A stretch of DNA of 33,742 nucleotides from a virus (IMGVR_UViG_3300017645_000114:1-33742); one strand, 5' to 3'. Counted from the stretch's first letter, positions 6,809 to 15,812 are shown. Notes: a model not told the origin generated them from the letters alone. Numbers and translations: made by a program.

Positions 6809-7575
6809 CGCAGGGTGGCGCATCGGCATCGCGCGCGGCTCATGCCCGCGAGGTAGCCGGTTCAATTCCGGCCCCTGCTCCCATCGTCATCGAGCACGAA
6901 GGCGTGCTCGTCGTTCGTGACGATCTTTATCCGGGCGGTACGAAGGCCCGCTTTCTCGGGCTCGTCTTCGAAGGCGCCGACGAGGCGGTCTATGCCAGCC
7001 CCGCGGAAGGTGGCGCGCAGACGGCGCTGGCGACGGTCGCAAGGCAACTGGGAAAGCGCGCGACGATCTTCGTTGCGCGACGGAACAAGCCGCATGATCG
7101 CACGCTCGAAGCCGCTCGCCTCGGGGCGAAGGTCATCGAGGTCGAACCCGGTTATCTCTCGGTCGTTCAGGCCCGCGCACGCGAATACGGCGCACGGACA
7201 AGTGCGAGGCTTGTGCCCTTCGGCGTCGATATGCCCGAGGCGATCATTGCGATTGCTGCGGCTGCGCGCGCGACGGGGATCGAGCCGGATGAGATCTGGT
7301 GCGCTGCCGGTTCCGGAGTGCTTGCCCGCAGCCTGGCCAGGGCTTGGCCGCATGCGCGGCGCCATGTCGTTCAGGTGGGGCGCACACTCAGCCCGTCGGA
7401 CGTGGCCGGCGCCGAGATACATGTCTATCCCTTGGCGTTTGGCCGCGAAGGGCGTTGCCGCCCGCCGTTTCCATCCGATCCACACTACGACGCGAAGGCC
7501 TGGGAGCTATGCGCGGCTCGGAAGGGTCCGGGCCGCGTCTTGTTCTGGAACGTCGCTGGACCGTCGAAGCCGTGA
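6805..7575 (+). CDS. PLP-dependent enzyme (fold type II, PALP / ACC-deaminase-like), phage type
   Basis: VVRDDLYPGGTKAR (PLP lysine), YASP..GGAQ.ALA, EIWCAAGSG and YDAKAW..VLFWNV. TTG start overlaps the MTase TGA, with GAAGGA RBS at 6791-6796. Confidence 0.8.
   Translation: MTQGGASASRAAHAREVAGSIPAPAPIVIEHEGVLVVRDDLYPGGTKARFLGLVFEGADEAVYASPAEGGAQTALATVARQLGKRATIFVARRNKPHDRTLEAARLGAKVIEVEPGYLSVVQARAREYGARTSARLVPFGVDMPEAIIAIAAAARATGIEPDEIWCAAGSGVLARSLARAWPHARRHVVQVGRTLSPSDVAGAEIHVYPLAFGREGRCRPPFPSDPHYDAKAWELCAARKGPGRVLFWNVAGPSKP
6809..6883 (+). tRNA. tRNA(CAU), initiator-Met-like with non-canonical identity bases, embedded in the PLP-enzyme ORF
   Basis: Acceptor GCAGGG/CCCTGC with C1xU72 mismatch; 3-bp D-stem with A14, G18, G19, A21; anticodon stem CGCGG/CCGCG, loop CTCATGC; variable loop AGGTA; T-arm GCCGG-TTCAATT-CCGGC; encoded CCA at 6881-6883. 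Confidence 0.75.
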
Positions 7576-7673
7576 TCATCCTAGCAATGCGTCCGGCCGT
7601 TGATCTATCGCAATGACCTCGCTGTTCTCATTGACACAGTTCGATGTGGGCACGTTCGAGAACGGATTTCGAG

Positions 7674-8243
7674 ATGCCACAGGATCAAACGCGTTACGAT
7701 GGGGTGTCGATTACCCTCCATTGGATCGTGGGAATTTCGATAGTCGCGGTCGCCGCGATTGAACTTCTGCGTGGAGAAGTTTTTCCGAAGGGCAGCTACT
7801 TTCGTGAAGCTCTGAAAGCCCTTCACGATCCGGCGGGCACTGTTGTCTTTGGACTCGTAATTTTGCGTCTAATGTGGCGCTCGGCGCATTCACCGCCGGC
7901 CATGCCAGAGACTATGCGCAGTTGGGAGAAAGTTGCGGCCAAACTCACCCACTACACGCTATATACGATGATGGTGATTATTCCACTTAGTGGCATCGCA
8001 TATACGTTGGCACGTGGCAGGTCGATTGATTTCGGGCTTTTTCAGATCATCTATCCCCTCGATCATGTTTTCAGTCGGAGCGCGACACGAACACTGAAGG
8101 GAATCCACGAGTTTCTCGGACAGGCGGTGCTGGTGCTTGCGTTTGTCCACGCGGCAGCTGCTCTTTGGCACCATTATTTTCGCAAGGATGATGTGCTGAC
8201 TCGCATGCTACCAATGCCAAGCGGCAAGTTGCCGGAAAGATAA
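7674..8243 (+). CDS. cybB: Di-heme cytochrome b561 (CybB/YceJ family), moron
   Basis: RY...ITLHW, LH...G, AKLTHYTLY, IHE and HAAAALWHHYFRKDDVLTRMLP; four hydrophobic helices; AT-richer than the flanks. Confidence 0.9.
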   Translation: MPQDQTRYDGVSITLHWIVGISIVAVAAIELLRGEVFPKGSYFREALKALHDPAGTVVFGLVILRLMWRSAHSPPAMPETMRSWEKVAAKLTHYTLYTMMVIIPLSGIAYTLARGRSIDFGLFQIIYPLDHVFSRSATRTLKGIHEFLGQAVLVLAFVHAAAALWHHYFRKDDVLTRMLPMPSGKLPER

Positions 8244-8288
8244 TTGAGTCGTGATCGAATGCATCCTTCGTCGATGCGACAAGAGACG

Positions 8289-8555
8289 ATGAGGAACCCT
8301 CTTTTTGTAGCTGCGCTCACTGCGGCCCTTTTGATCGAATCCTCTGGATCGTCGACTGCACAAACGCCAGCTGAGGCATACCGCAAGGGCTGCGGCGGTT
8401 GCCATTCATCGGAAAGATCATTGCGACGCATCCCCAAAGCGTCGGAACCCGAGCGTCGAGCATGGATTGAGAATTTTACGTCGCAGCATCCATGTGAACG
8501 CGACGACTTGAAACCGTTGATCGTGATTTATTTACTAGAAAAGTCGGCACCTTAA
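8289..8555 (+). CDS. Small exported mono-heme c-type cytochrome-like protein
   Basis: Signal peptide MRNPLFVAALTAALL...STA followed by a CXXCH motif (CGGCH). Confidence 0.65.
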   Translation: MRNPLFVAALTAALLIESSGSSTAQTPAEAYRKGCGGCHSSERSLRRIPKASEPERRAWIENFTSQHPCERDDLKPLIVIYLLEKSAP

Positions 8556-8586
8556 GCGCAGACGAATGTCGAAAGTCCATTCATAT

Positions 8587-8620
8587 AGCCACAGCCCGGA
8601 AGCTCCGGGCCGCGGCTTTT
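8587..8620. terminator. Probably bidirectional intrinsic terminator between convergent genes
   Basis: AGCCACAGCCCGGA-AGC-TCCGGGCCGCGGCT stem followed by TTT, between stops at 8555 (+) and 8648 (-). Confidence 0.65.
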
Positions 8621-8647
8621 GGACGGCGCTGGACTGCGAAGTCGTAA

Positions 8648-9379
8648 TCAAGCGGCAATGCGGCCTGCTTCAAGGGCGATGACGCAGAGATCGCGGTAGC
8701 GCTGCATCGCTCGCGGACTGGTCGATACCGGATTGATCTCAATCGCCTTGAGCCCTTCGATGTCGCCGGCCCTTGCCATCTCGGTGAGCTTCGCGAGCTT
8801 CGGCCGGAAGCGCTTGTGCGTCTCGGCGCTGAAGTCCGGCGGCTCCGGCAGCTTGCCCTCGCGCGCCGCGGCTTCAACCGACGCACGTTTCCCGTCGCGA
8901 GGGCGCGTGGCAGCCGCCTCGGGTTTGGCCGCCGCCTTGCGGCTCGTTTCGGTGGCCAATTCGGCCTTCGCGGTGTTGGCGCGTTTCGGAGCAGCTAAAG
9001 CAGCCTTCACGCGGAAGGTGAAGCCGTCCTTGGTCTTGATGATCTCGACCTCGTCGGGCTTGTGGCCAGCCGCCTTCGCGGCGCGCTGCGCATTGAACTT
9101 CTTCGCATAGGTCTTCATTGCAGACTCCTTTTCTTCGGTTGGAATGTCATCGGTGACGAGTGCCGATCGGCCGCTGGCATCGATCGCGTAGATCAGCGCC
9201 CGCCTTCCATTCGGATGAAGTGCCGCGAGGTTCGCCGCCTCGCGACGCGCGTCGGCAAGGGTGTCCGCGGAGGCGCGCGCGTACTGCCCGACCCCAAGGA
9301 AGAGAGCGAGATCGAAACGAACCGCGTTCGCGATGATCGCGGCGTTTGCGGCATCCGCCGGGTGCGGCTTGCGAGCCAT
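8648..9379 (-). CDS. Basic Ala/Lys-rich phage hypothetical protein with a second in-frame start at 9118
   Basis: GGAGG RBS before ATG 9379; internal AAGGAG-N6-ATG (MKTYAKKFNAQRAAKAAG); phage-like codon usage. Confidence 0.7.
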   Translation of the reverse strand: MARKPHPADAANAAIIANAVRFDLALFLGVGQYARASADTLADARREAANLAALHPNGRRALIYAIDASGRSALVTDDIPTEEKESAMKTYAKKFNAQRAAKAAGHKPDEVEIIKTKDGFTFRVKAALAAPKRANTAKAELATETSRKAAAKPEAAATRPRDGKRASVEAAAREGKLPEPPDFSAETHKRFRPKLAKLTEMARAGDIEGLKAIEINPVSTSPRAMQRYRDLCVIALEAGRIAA

Positions 9380-9487
9380 TTGTTGTCCTCCACTTGATCT
9401 TGCCTGCACTCACTCAGGCTCGACCGGCGAAGGAGAGCAACTGCCAAGTCACTGGAAATACGAGCATATCGGGAGCGCTGGAGCAGC

Positions 9488-10066
9488 ATGGGTCTCTCCC
9501 GCCGGGCTTATGCACGCCATCGGGGCGTGGCGGAGAACGCTGTCCGCAAGGCGCTATCGAGCGGCCGGATTTCAATCGAGCCCGACGGCACGATCGATCC
9601 GGTAAAGGCCGACGCCGCTTGGGCGCGGGCAACTGATCCGGCACAACAGCGCAAGAGGCGCGAGCCTCAACCCGCCGAGGCTGCCACTCCATCCGCCACC
9701 CGCCCGGTTCCGATCGCCGCCGTCGATGCGGTGCGCGAGACCCTGCGCGAAGCCGGCGAGACGCCGGCCGCCGGCGGCATGAACTATGTGACGGCGCGAA
9801 CGGCGAACGAGGTCATCAAGGCGCAGGAGCGCCGCATCCGCCTCGGCAAGCTCAAAGGCGATCTCGTCGATCGCAATCGCGCGATTGCGAGCGTGTTCAC
9901 GCTGGCCCGTCGTGAACGGGATGCCTGGGTGCAATGGCCCGCGCGTGTCGCCGCGCTGATGGCGGCCGAGCTTCGTGTCGATCCGCACGTCATGGAAACG
10001 GTTCTGGAACAGCATGTCCGACGGCATCTCGCCGAGCTCTCGGACGTCCGGGTCGAACTCAGGTGA
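9488..10066 (+). CDS. Terminase small subunit (Nu1-like)
   Basis: N-terminal wHTH MGLSRRAYARHRGV.E.AVRKA...GRI and C-terminal KLKGDLVDR...RDAW..WPARVA; directly precedes TerL. Confidence 0.85.
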   Translation: MGLSRRAYARHRGVAENAVRKALSSGRISIEPDGTIDPVKADAAWARATDPAQQRKRREPQPAEAATPSATRPVPIAAVDAVRETLREAGETPAAGGMNYVTARTANEVIKAQERRIRLGKLKGDLVDRNRAIASVFTLARRERDAWVQWPARVAALMAAELRVDPHVMETVLEQHVRRHLAELSDVRVELR

Positions 10067-12014
10067 GGCCTATGACGGCGAGGCCGACATTGTCCGCGCC
10101 TGGGCGCGAGGGCTCGCACCCGACCCATCGCTGACGGTTTCGGAATGGTCGGATCGCCATCGCATCCTGTCGTCGCGCGCATCGTCCGAAGCGGGTCGGT
10201 ATCGAACGGATCGCACGCCCTACATGCGGGCGATCATGGACGCGCTGTCGCCATCGCATCCGGCGCGGCGGATCGTGTTCATGAAGGCCGCCCAGGTTGG
10301 CGCGACCGAAGCCGGAAACAACTGGATTGGCTACTGCATCCATCAGGCGCCGGGTCCGTTCCTCGCGGTTCAGCCGACCACGGATCTCGCCAAGCGGCTG
10401 TCGCAGCAGCGGATCGAGCCGCTGATCCAGGAATGCCCGGAACTACGCTTCCTGATCATGCCGTCGCGGTCGCGCGACAGCGGCAACACCGTGCTCGCGA
10501 AGCGTTTCGCCGGCGGGCAGCTCGTGCTCACTGGCGCGAACAGCGCCGTCGGCCTCCGATCGATGCCCGCCCGCTGGCTCTTCCTGGACGAAATCGACGC
10601 CTATGTGGGCGACGTGGACGGCGAAGGCGATCCGATCGCGCTCGCCGAAGCGCGGACGCGGACGTTCGGTCATCGCCGGAAGGTGTTCATGGTGTCGACG
10701 CCGACCATCCGCGGCCTCTCGCGTATCGAGCGGGAATATGAGGCGAGCGATCGGCGACGGTACTTCGTACAATGCCCGCATTGCGGCACGATGCAGTGGC
10801 TTCGCTTCGAACGGCTGCGCTGGGACAAGGGCAAACCCGAGACCGCCGAATATGCTTGCGAAGCTTGCGAGCGGGGGATCGCTGAGCATCACAAGACGGC
10901 AATGCTCGCCGGTGGCGAGTGGCGGGCGACGGCAGAATGCCCCGATCCGCATGTCGTCGGCTTTCATATTTCCGGTCTCTATTCGCCGGTCGGTTGGCTG
11001 TCCTGGGCGCAGATCGCACGCGAATGGGAAGCGGTGCAGGGAAATGATGCGGCGCTGAAGGCCGCAAAGAATACGCTGCTCGGCGAAACCTGGCAGGAGC
11101 GCGGCGAGGCCCCCGACTGGAAGCGGCTCTATGAGCGGCCGAGGGATCATGCGCTTGGCATCGTCCCGGCTGGCGGCCTTGTGCTCACCGCCGGCGCCGA
11201 CGTTCAGCCCGACCGTATCGAGATCGACATCTGGGCTTGGGGACGCGGGCTCGAAAGCTGGCTCGTCGATCATGTGGTGCTTGAGGGCGCCACCGCCGGT
11301 TTGGATGTCTGGAACGAACTGACAAAATTGCTCGGCGCCACATGGCAGCACCAGGGCGGCGCGGTGATGCAGATCGCGCGCCTTGCCATCGACTCGGGCG
11401 ATGGGCGCACAACCTCGCAAGTCTATTCGTGGGTGCGTCGTTTCGGCGGTGTTGCCGTGGCGATCAAGGGCGTGGATGGCTTCGACCGTTCCGCCCCCGT
11501 CGATGGCCCAAGCTATGTCGATGCCACCGAGGATGGCCGCAAGATTCGCCGGGGCGTGAAGCTCTGGAAGGTCGCAGGCGCGGTCTTCAAGTCGGAGACC
11601 TATCGCTTTCTTCGGCTTGAGCGCCCGACCGATGAGGAGTTTGCCGAAGGCATCACGTTCCCCGATGGCTTCATTCACCTGGCCAACGGGATCACCGCCG
11701 AGTGGGTCAAGCAGCTGACGGCCGAGCAGCTCACCACCGTTCGAGATCGCCGCGGCTTCTCGAAATTGGAATGGCGTCAGATGCGCGAGCGCAACGAGGC
11801 GCTCGATTGCCGGGTCTATGCGCGGGCCGCCGCCTGGCTGCTCGGCATCGATCGCTGGCTCGACACCAAATGGCAGGCGCTTGAGCAGCAGGTCGCGGCG
11901 GATCGTCCGAAGGAACACGCGGCGGGACAGGTCAGGCCGCACACGAAGCCCGGCGAGAAGCGCCGGTCAGAGTGGCTGGGTGGCCGCGACGGCGGCAAGG
12001 GATGGCTGAAATGA
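10014..12014 (+). CDS. Terminase large subunit, GpA family (start uncertain, 9975 or 10014)
   Basis: RTPYMRAIMD, KAAQVGATE, LRSMPARWLFLDEID, STPT, CPHC Zn motif, TAGADVQ and RNEALDCRVYARAA. Confidence 0.95.
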   Translation: MSDGISPSSRTSGSNSGEAYDGEADIVRAWARGLAPDPSLTVSEWSDRHRILSSRASSEAGRYRTDRTPYMRAIMDALSPSHPARRIVFMKAAQVGATEAGNNWIGYCIHQAPGPFLAVQPTTDLAKRLSQQRIEPLIQECPELRFLIMPSRSRDSGNTVLAKRFAGGQLVLTGANSAVGLRSMPARWLFLDEIDAYVGDVDGEGDPIALAEARTRTFGHRRKVFMVSTPTIRGLSRIEREYEASDRRRYFVQCPHCGTMQWLRFERLRWDKGKPETAEYACEACERGIAEHHKTAMLAGGEWRATAECPDPHVVGFHISGLYSPVGWLSWAQIAREWEAVQGNDAALKAAKNTLLGETWQERGEAPDWKRLYERPRDHALGIVPAGGLVLTAGADVQPDRIEIDIWAWGRGLESWLVDHVVLEGATAGLDVWNELTKLLGATWQHQGGAVMQIARLAIDSGDGRTTSQVYSWVRRFGGVAVAIKGVDGFDRSAPVDGPSYVDATEDGRKIRRGVKLWKVAGAVFKSETYRFLRLERPTDEEFAEGITFPDGFIHLANGITAEWVKQLTAEQLTTVRDRRGFSKLEWRQMRERNEALDCRVYARAAAWLLGIDRWLDTKWQALEQQVAADRPKEHAAGQVRPHTKPGEKRRSEWLGGRDGGKGWLK

Positions 12015-12220
12015 GCTGGTCGCAGGCCGAGCTTGATGCGCTGAAATCCGCCTACGCCAGCGGCACGCTCCGCGTGACCTATGACGGCAAGACCGTCGAA
12101 TACGCATCAGCCGATGACTTGATGAAGCGCATCCAAAACATCGAGAGCGCAATCAGCTTGGCCGCCGGCAATCCGCGGCCGGTGGCGGGCTTTGCCTCCT
12201 TCGGGCGTGGCGATCGATGA
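12011..12220 (+). CDS. gpW-like head-tail joining protein
   Basis: MSWSQAELDALKSAYASGTLRVTYDGKTVEY, between TerL and portal. Confidence 0.85.
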   Translation: MSWSQAELDALKSAYASGTLRVTYDGKTVEYASADDLMKRIQNIESAISLAAGNPRPVAGFASFGRGDR

Positions 12221-13758
12221 CCGGCGCGCGATTGCTTCCTGAGCCGTCGCTGATCGACCGCGCGGTTGCGATCGTCGCGCCGCGCGCCGCCGTAAAACGG
12301 CTGATCGCGCGCCAGGCGATCGAAGACCTGACGAAGCGCGCCTATGACGGCGCTGCTGCCGGCCGGCGAACGGATGGCTGGCGCTCGGCGGGCGCATCGG
12401 CCGATGCGGAGATCGCATCGGCAGGCGCGGTTCTGCGCAATCGCATGCGCGATCTGGTGCGGAACAATCCGCATGCGGCCAAGGCGGTCAGCGCCTGGGT
12501 AAGCAATATCGTCGGCTCGGGCATCTGCCCGCGCGCTGCGACCGGCGACGAAGCCCTCGATAAGCGCATCAACGATCTTTTCGAACAATGGTCGGAGGTC
12601 TGCGATGCCGACGGCCGCAACGACTTTCACGGGCTCACGACGCTCGCGGTCTCGGGAATGGTCGAGGCGGGCGACATCTTCGTCCGCCGCCGTATTCGCC
12701 GCGCCGGCGATGGCTTGCCGGTGCCGCTGCAAGTTCAGCTCAACGAAGCCGATCATCTCGACGAGTCGAGGATCGACGGCCGGCCCGACGGCAGCCGCAC
12801 GGTGCGCGGGATCGAGTATGACCCGATCGGTCGCCGGCTCGCTTATTGGCTCTTCCCGGACCATCCGGGTGACATCGCGGTGCCGCTCTCGCGCGGCTTT
12901 GCCTCGGTTCGTGTTCCCGCCGATGGCGTCGTCCATCTCTTCAGACGCGACCGCGTTCAGCAACGCGGGGTTCCTTGGGGCGCGCCGGTCATGCGGGCGC
13001 TCCGTGATCTCGACGATTGGACGAATGCCGAGCTTGTCCGGAAGAAGACTGAGGCCTGCCTAGTCGGCATCGTGACCGGAGGGGACGACGCCGATCAAGG
13101 CGTGGCCCCGTCGGTGGTTGATGCTGACGGCAAGACCATCGAGCAGTTCGAGCCCGGCCTGATTGCCTATGCGCGCGGCGGCAAGGACATCAAGTTCAAT
13201 CAGCCGGCGGCGACCGCGGGGGTGAGCGAATGGCTCCGGGCGCAGCTTCACATCATCGCCGCGGGATTCTGTGTTCCTTACGAGTTGCTGACCGGCGATC
13301 TCAGTCAGGTGAACTATTCGTCGATCCGTGCGGGGATCGTGGAGTTTCGCCGCATCGTCGAAGCGATCCAGTGGCAGATCGTCATTCCGGTCTTTTGCCA
13401 GCCAATCTGGGACTGGTTCATCGAGGCGGCCTATGTGGCTGGTCTGGTTCCGGCGCCGAAGATTGCAGTGAATTGGTCGCCGCCGCGCTTCGAATATCTG
13501 AACCCGCTCGATGATGCCCGCGCCGATCTCATGATGCTGCGCATGGGCGCCACGTCGCTGCCCCGCGTCATCGGCCGCCAGGGAGAAAACCTCGACGACA
13601 TTCTCGCGGAGATCGCCGCGACCAACGCCAAGCTGGATGACCTTGGCATCGTTCTCGACAGCGATCCGCGCAAGGTCACGCAGCAGGGCCTTTATCAGCA
13701 GGAACCGGCGGCCGACCCGAGCGCCGCGAAGCCAAAGCCACCCGCCAAGGAATACTGA
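12217..13758 (+). CDS. Portal protein, lambda family
   Basis: AYDGAA.GRR, LRNRMRDLVRNNPHA, RGVPW.AP, LTGDLSQVNYSSIRAG and W.PP..EY..P motifs. Confidence 0.95.
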   Translation: MTGARLLPEPSLIDRAVAIVAPRAAVKRLIARQAIEDLTKRAYDGAAAGRRTDGWRSAGASADAEIASAGAVLRNRMRDLVRNNPHAAKAVSAWVSNIVGSGICPRAATGDEALDKRINDLFEQWSEVCDADGRNDFHGLTTLAVSGMVEAGDIFVRRRIRRAGDGLPVPLQVQLNEADHLDESRIDGRPDGSRTVRGIEYDPIGRRLAYWLFPDHPGDIAVPLSRGFASVRVPADGVVHLFRRDRVQQRGVPWGAPVMRALRDLDDWTNAELVRKKTEACLVGIVTGGDDADQGVAPSVVDADGKTIEQFEPGLIAYARGGKDIKFNQPAATAGVSEWLRAQLHIIAAGFCVPYELLTGDLSQVNYSSIRAGIVEFRRIVEAIQWQIVIPVFCQPIWDWFIEAAYVAGLVPAPKIAVNWSPPRFEYLNPLDDARADLMMLRMGATSLPRVIGRQGENLDDILAEIAATNAKLDDLGIVLDSDPRKVTQQGLYQQEPAADPSAAKPKPPAKEY

Positions 13759-13772
13759 TCAGGAGGCACGCG

Positions 13773-15812
13773 ATGCCTGAAGCAGCCCTTCGGGAGCGCC
13801 GCGAGGCGCTGCCGATGCAGACCCGGCTTGCGCCGGTTTCTTCCATCGATGCCGATTCCCGCACGATCGATCTCGTCTGGACAACGGGAGCCGCCGTCCG
13901 CCGGCGCAGGTACGATTGGGAAAGCGGACGGGTCCTCAACTACGACGAAATTCTCGTCGTGTCGGACAAGGCGGTTGATCTGTCCCGCCTGAATTCCGGG
14001 GCGGCGGTTCTCGATAGCCACAACGTCTGGTCGACGCAGTCGCAGGTCGCCGTGGTCGAACGGGCATCGATCGCCGGCGGCGAAGGTAGGGCAAGCATTC
14101 GCTTCCCGAAGGCGGGAGTCGACGAAGCGGCGGACCGCATGTTCGCGCTCGTTGCCGACAAGATCGTCCGCAACGTTTCGGTTGGCTACGCGATCGACAA
14201 GGTTCGCATCGAGAAATCCGAACAGGCCGGCGATGTCGAGAAGTGGTTCGTCGAACGCTGGACCCCCTACGAAATCAGCTTCGTGACGATCGGCGCCGAT
14301 CCCGGCGCGCAAGTCAGGTCGGGACCGCCCGACCGCCTCTTCCCCTTCGAGATCACCAACCGGGTGAAGCCCGACAATCAGGAGAACCAAGCCATGTCGC
14401 AGCACGATGACGTGCCGGGCAACACGCCGGCCGCCGAACCGCAGGAAGCTGCCCCTGATGCGACCCGAGACGCCACGATCGCGAATTCGGTCAATGCGGA
14501 TCAAGTGCGCGCCGAGGAGCAGGAGCGCATCACGACCATCACCGGGCTGGTCGATCAGTTCAAGCTGGACCGATCAGTGGCCGACGATCTCGTGAGGCGA
14601 AACGTATCGATCCCCGATGCGCGCAAGGTCATTCTCGACAAGCTCGCCGAGCGGGATGCACGCGGCACCGGGCATTCGCAGATCTCCATGCCGGCGGGCG
14701 GCCTCGACGCCACCGTGACCCGTCGCGAGGCCATTGCCGAAGCAATCCTTCATCGCGCACAGCCGCAATCCTTCCAGATGACCGACCGCGCCCGAGAATA
14801 TCGCGGCATGCGGTTGCTCGATGTCGCGAGGGATTGCCTCGAAGCCGCTGGTACGCGCACCCGCGGCATGACGCCGAACGAGATCGCCTATCAGGCGACC
14901 CGCGCCGCCGGCTTGCAGTCGACTTCCGACTTCCCGCTAATCCTCGCGGCAATCGCTGGCAAGCGCCTTCGCCAGGCCTATACCGGCACCCCGCGAACCT
15001 TCCAGCTGTGGGCGCGGGGCACCACGGCGACCGACTTCAAGCCGATGTATCCGACCCAGATCGGGCGCTTCCCGGCGCTGAAGGCTGTGATGGAAGGAGC
15101 CGAGTTCAGCTACGGCTCGATCGCCGAAGGCCGCGAGTCCTACCAGCTCGCCACCTACGGCCGCATCGTTGCACTCACCCGGCAGGCGATCATCAACGAC
15201 GATCTGCGCGCCTTCGACCGTGCGCTCGGCACCGCCGGTCAGCGCGCCGCCGACCTAGAATCCGGCATCGTCTACAACGTGCTTCTCGCCAACGCCGCCC
15301 TCGCCGACACCGTGGCCCTCTTCCATGCCAACCACGGCAACGTTGGCACCGCCGCCGTGATTGGCGAAACCGCGCTGTCGGAAGCCTGGGAGAAGATGAC
15401 CCAGCAGAAGGACCTCGGCGACGGCGCCGGCGCGGACAAGGAATACATCGACGCGCGCCCGCGCTTCATCCTGGTCCCGCCCGGCCAGCGTTCGATCGAG
15501 GCGCGCAAGATGATCGCGGCGACCACGCCGGCGAAGGCCTCCGACGTGAATGCCTTCACCGGCTCGCTGCAAATCGTCGAAGAGCCTCGGTTGTTCAAGA
15601 CCGGTGGCCCGCAGCCCTGGTATCTCGCAGCCGATCCCAACCTCGTCGACACGGTCGAATACGCCCATCTCGAAGGGCAGACCGAGCCGTTCATCGATCA
15701 ACGGGCCGGCTTCGAAGTGGATGGCGTTGAGATCAAGGTGCGGCACGACTTCGCCGCCAAGGCGCTCGACTTCCGCGGCCTCTTCTACAACGCCGGCGCC
15801 AATCCGGCCTGA
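13773..15812 (+). CDS. Prohead protease-major capsid protein fusion
   Basis: N-terminal HK97-type protease (LDSH, NVSVGY, W.PYEISFV..GAD) and C-terminal capsid (STSDFP, TYGRIVALTRQAIINDDL, KVRHDF.A...DFRG). Confidence 0.93.
   Translation: MPEAALRERREALPMQTRLAPVSSIDADSRTIDLVWTTGAAVRRRRYDWESGRVLNYDEILVVSDKAVDLSRLNSGAAVLDSHNVWSTQSQVAVVERASIAGGEGRASIRFPKAGVDEAADRMFALVADKIVRNVSVGYAIDKVRIEKSEQAGDVEKWFVERWTPYEISFVTIGADPGAQVRSGPPDRLFPFEITNRVKPDNQENQAMSQHDDVPGNTPAAEPQEAAPDATRDATIANSVNADQVRAEEQERITTITGLVDQFKLDRSVADDLVRRNVSIPDARKVILDKLAERDARGTGHSQISMPAGGLDATVTRREAIAEAILHRAQPQSFQMTDRAREYRGMRLLDVARDCLEAAGTRTRGMTPNEIAYQATRAAGLQSTSDFPLILAAIAGKRLRQAYTGTPRTFQLWARGTTATDFKPMYPTQIGRFPALKAVMEGAEFSYGSIAEGRESYQLATYGRIVALTRQAIINDDLRAFDRALGTAGQRAADLESGIVYNVLLANAALADTVALFHANHGNVGTAAVIGETALSEAWEKMTQQKDLGDGAGADKEYIDARPRFILVPPGQRSIEARKMIAATTPAKASDVNAFTGSLQIVEEPRLFKTGGPQPWYLAADPNLVDTVEYAHLEGQTEPFIDQRAGFEVDGVEIKVRHDFAAKALDFRGLFYNAGANPA

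Noticed and set aside
6850-6883. tRNA 3' half as a prophage att core
   Set aside because: The element is full-length, lies mid-operon between coupled genes, has no second copy in the window and has no adjacent integrase. This cannot be excluded without the rest of the genome.
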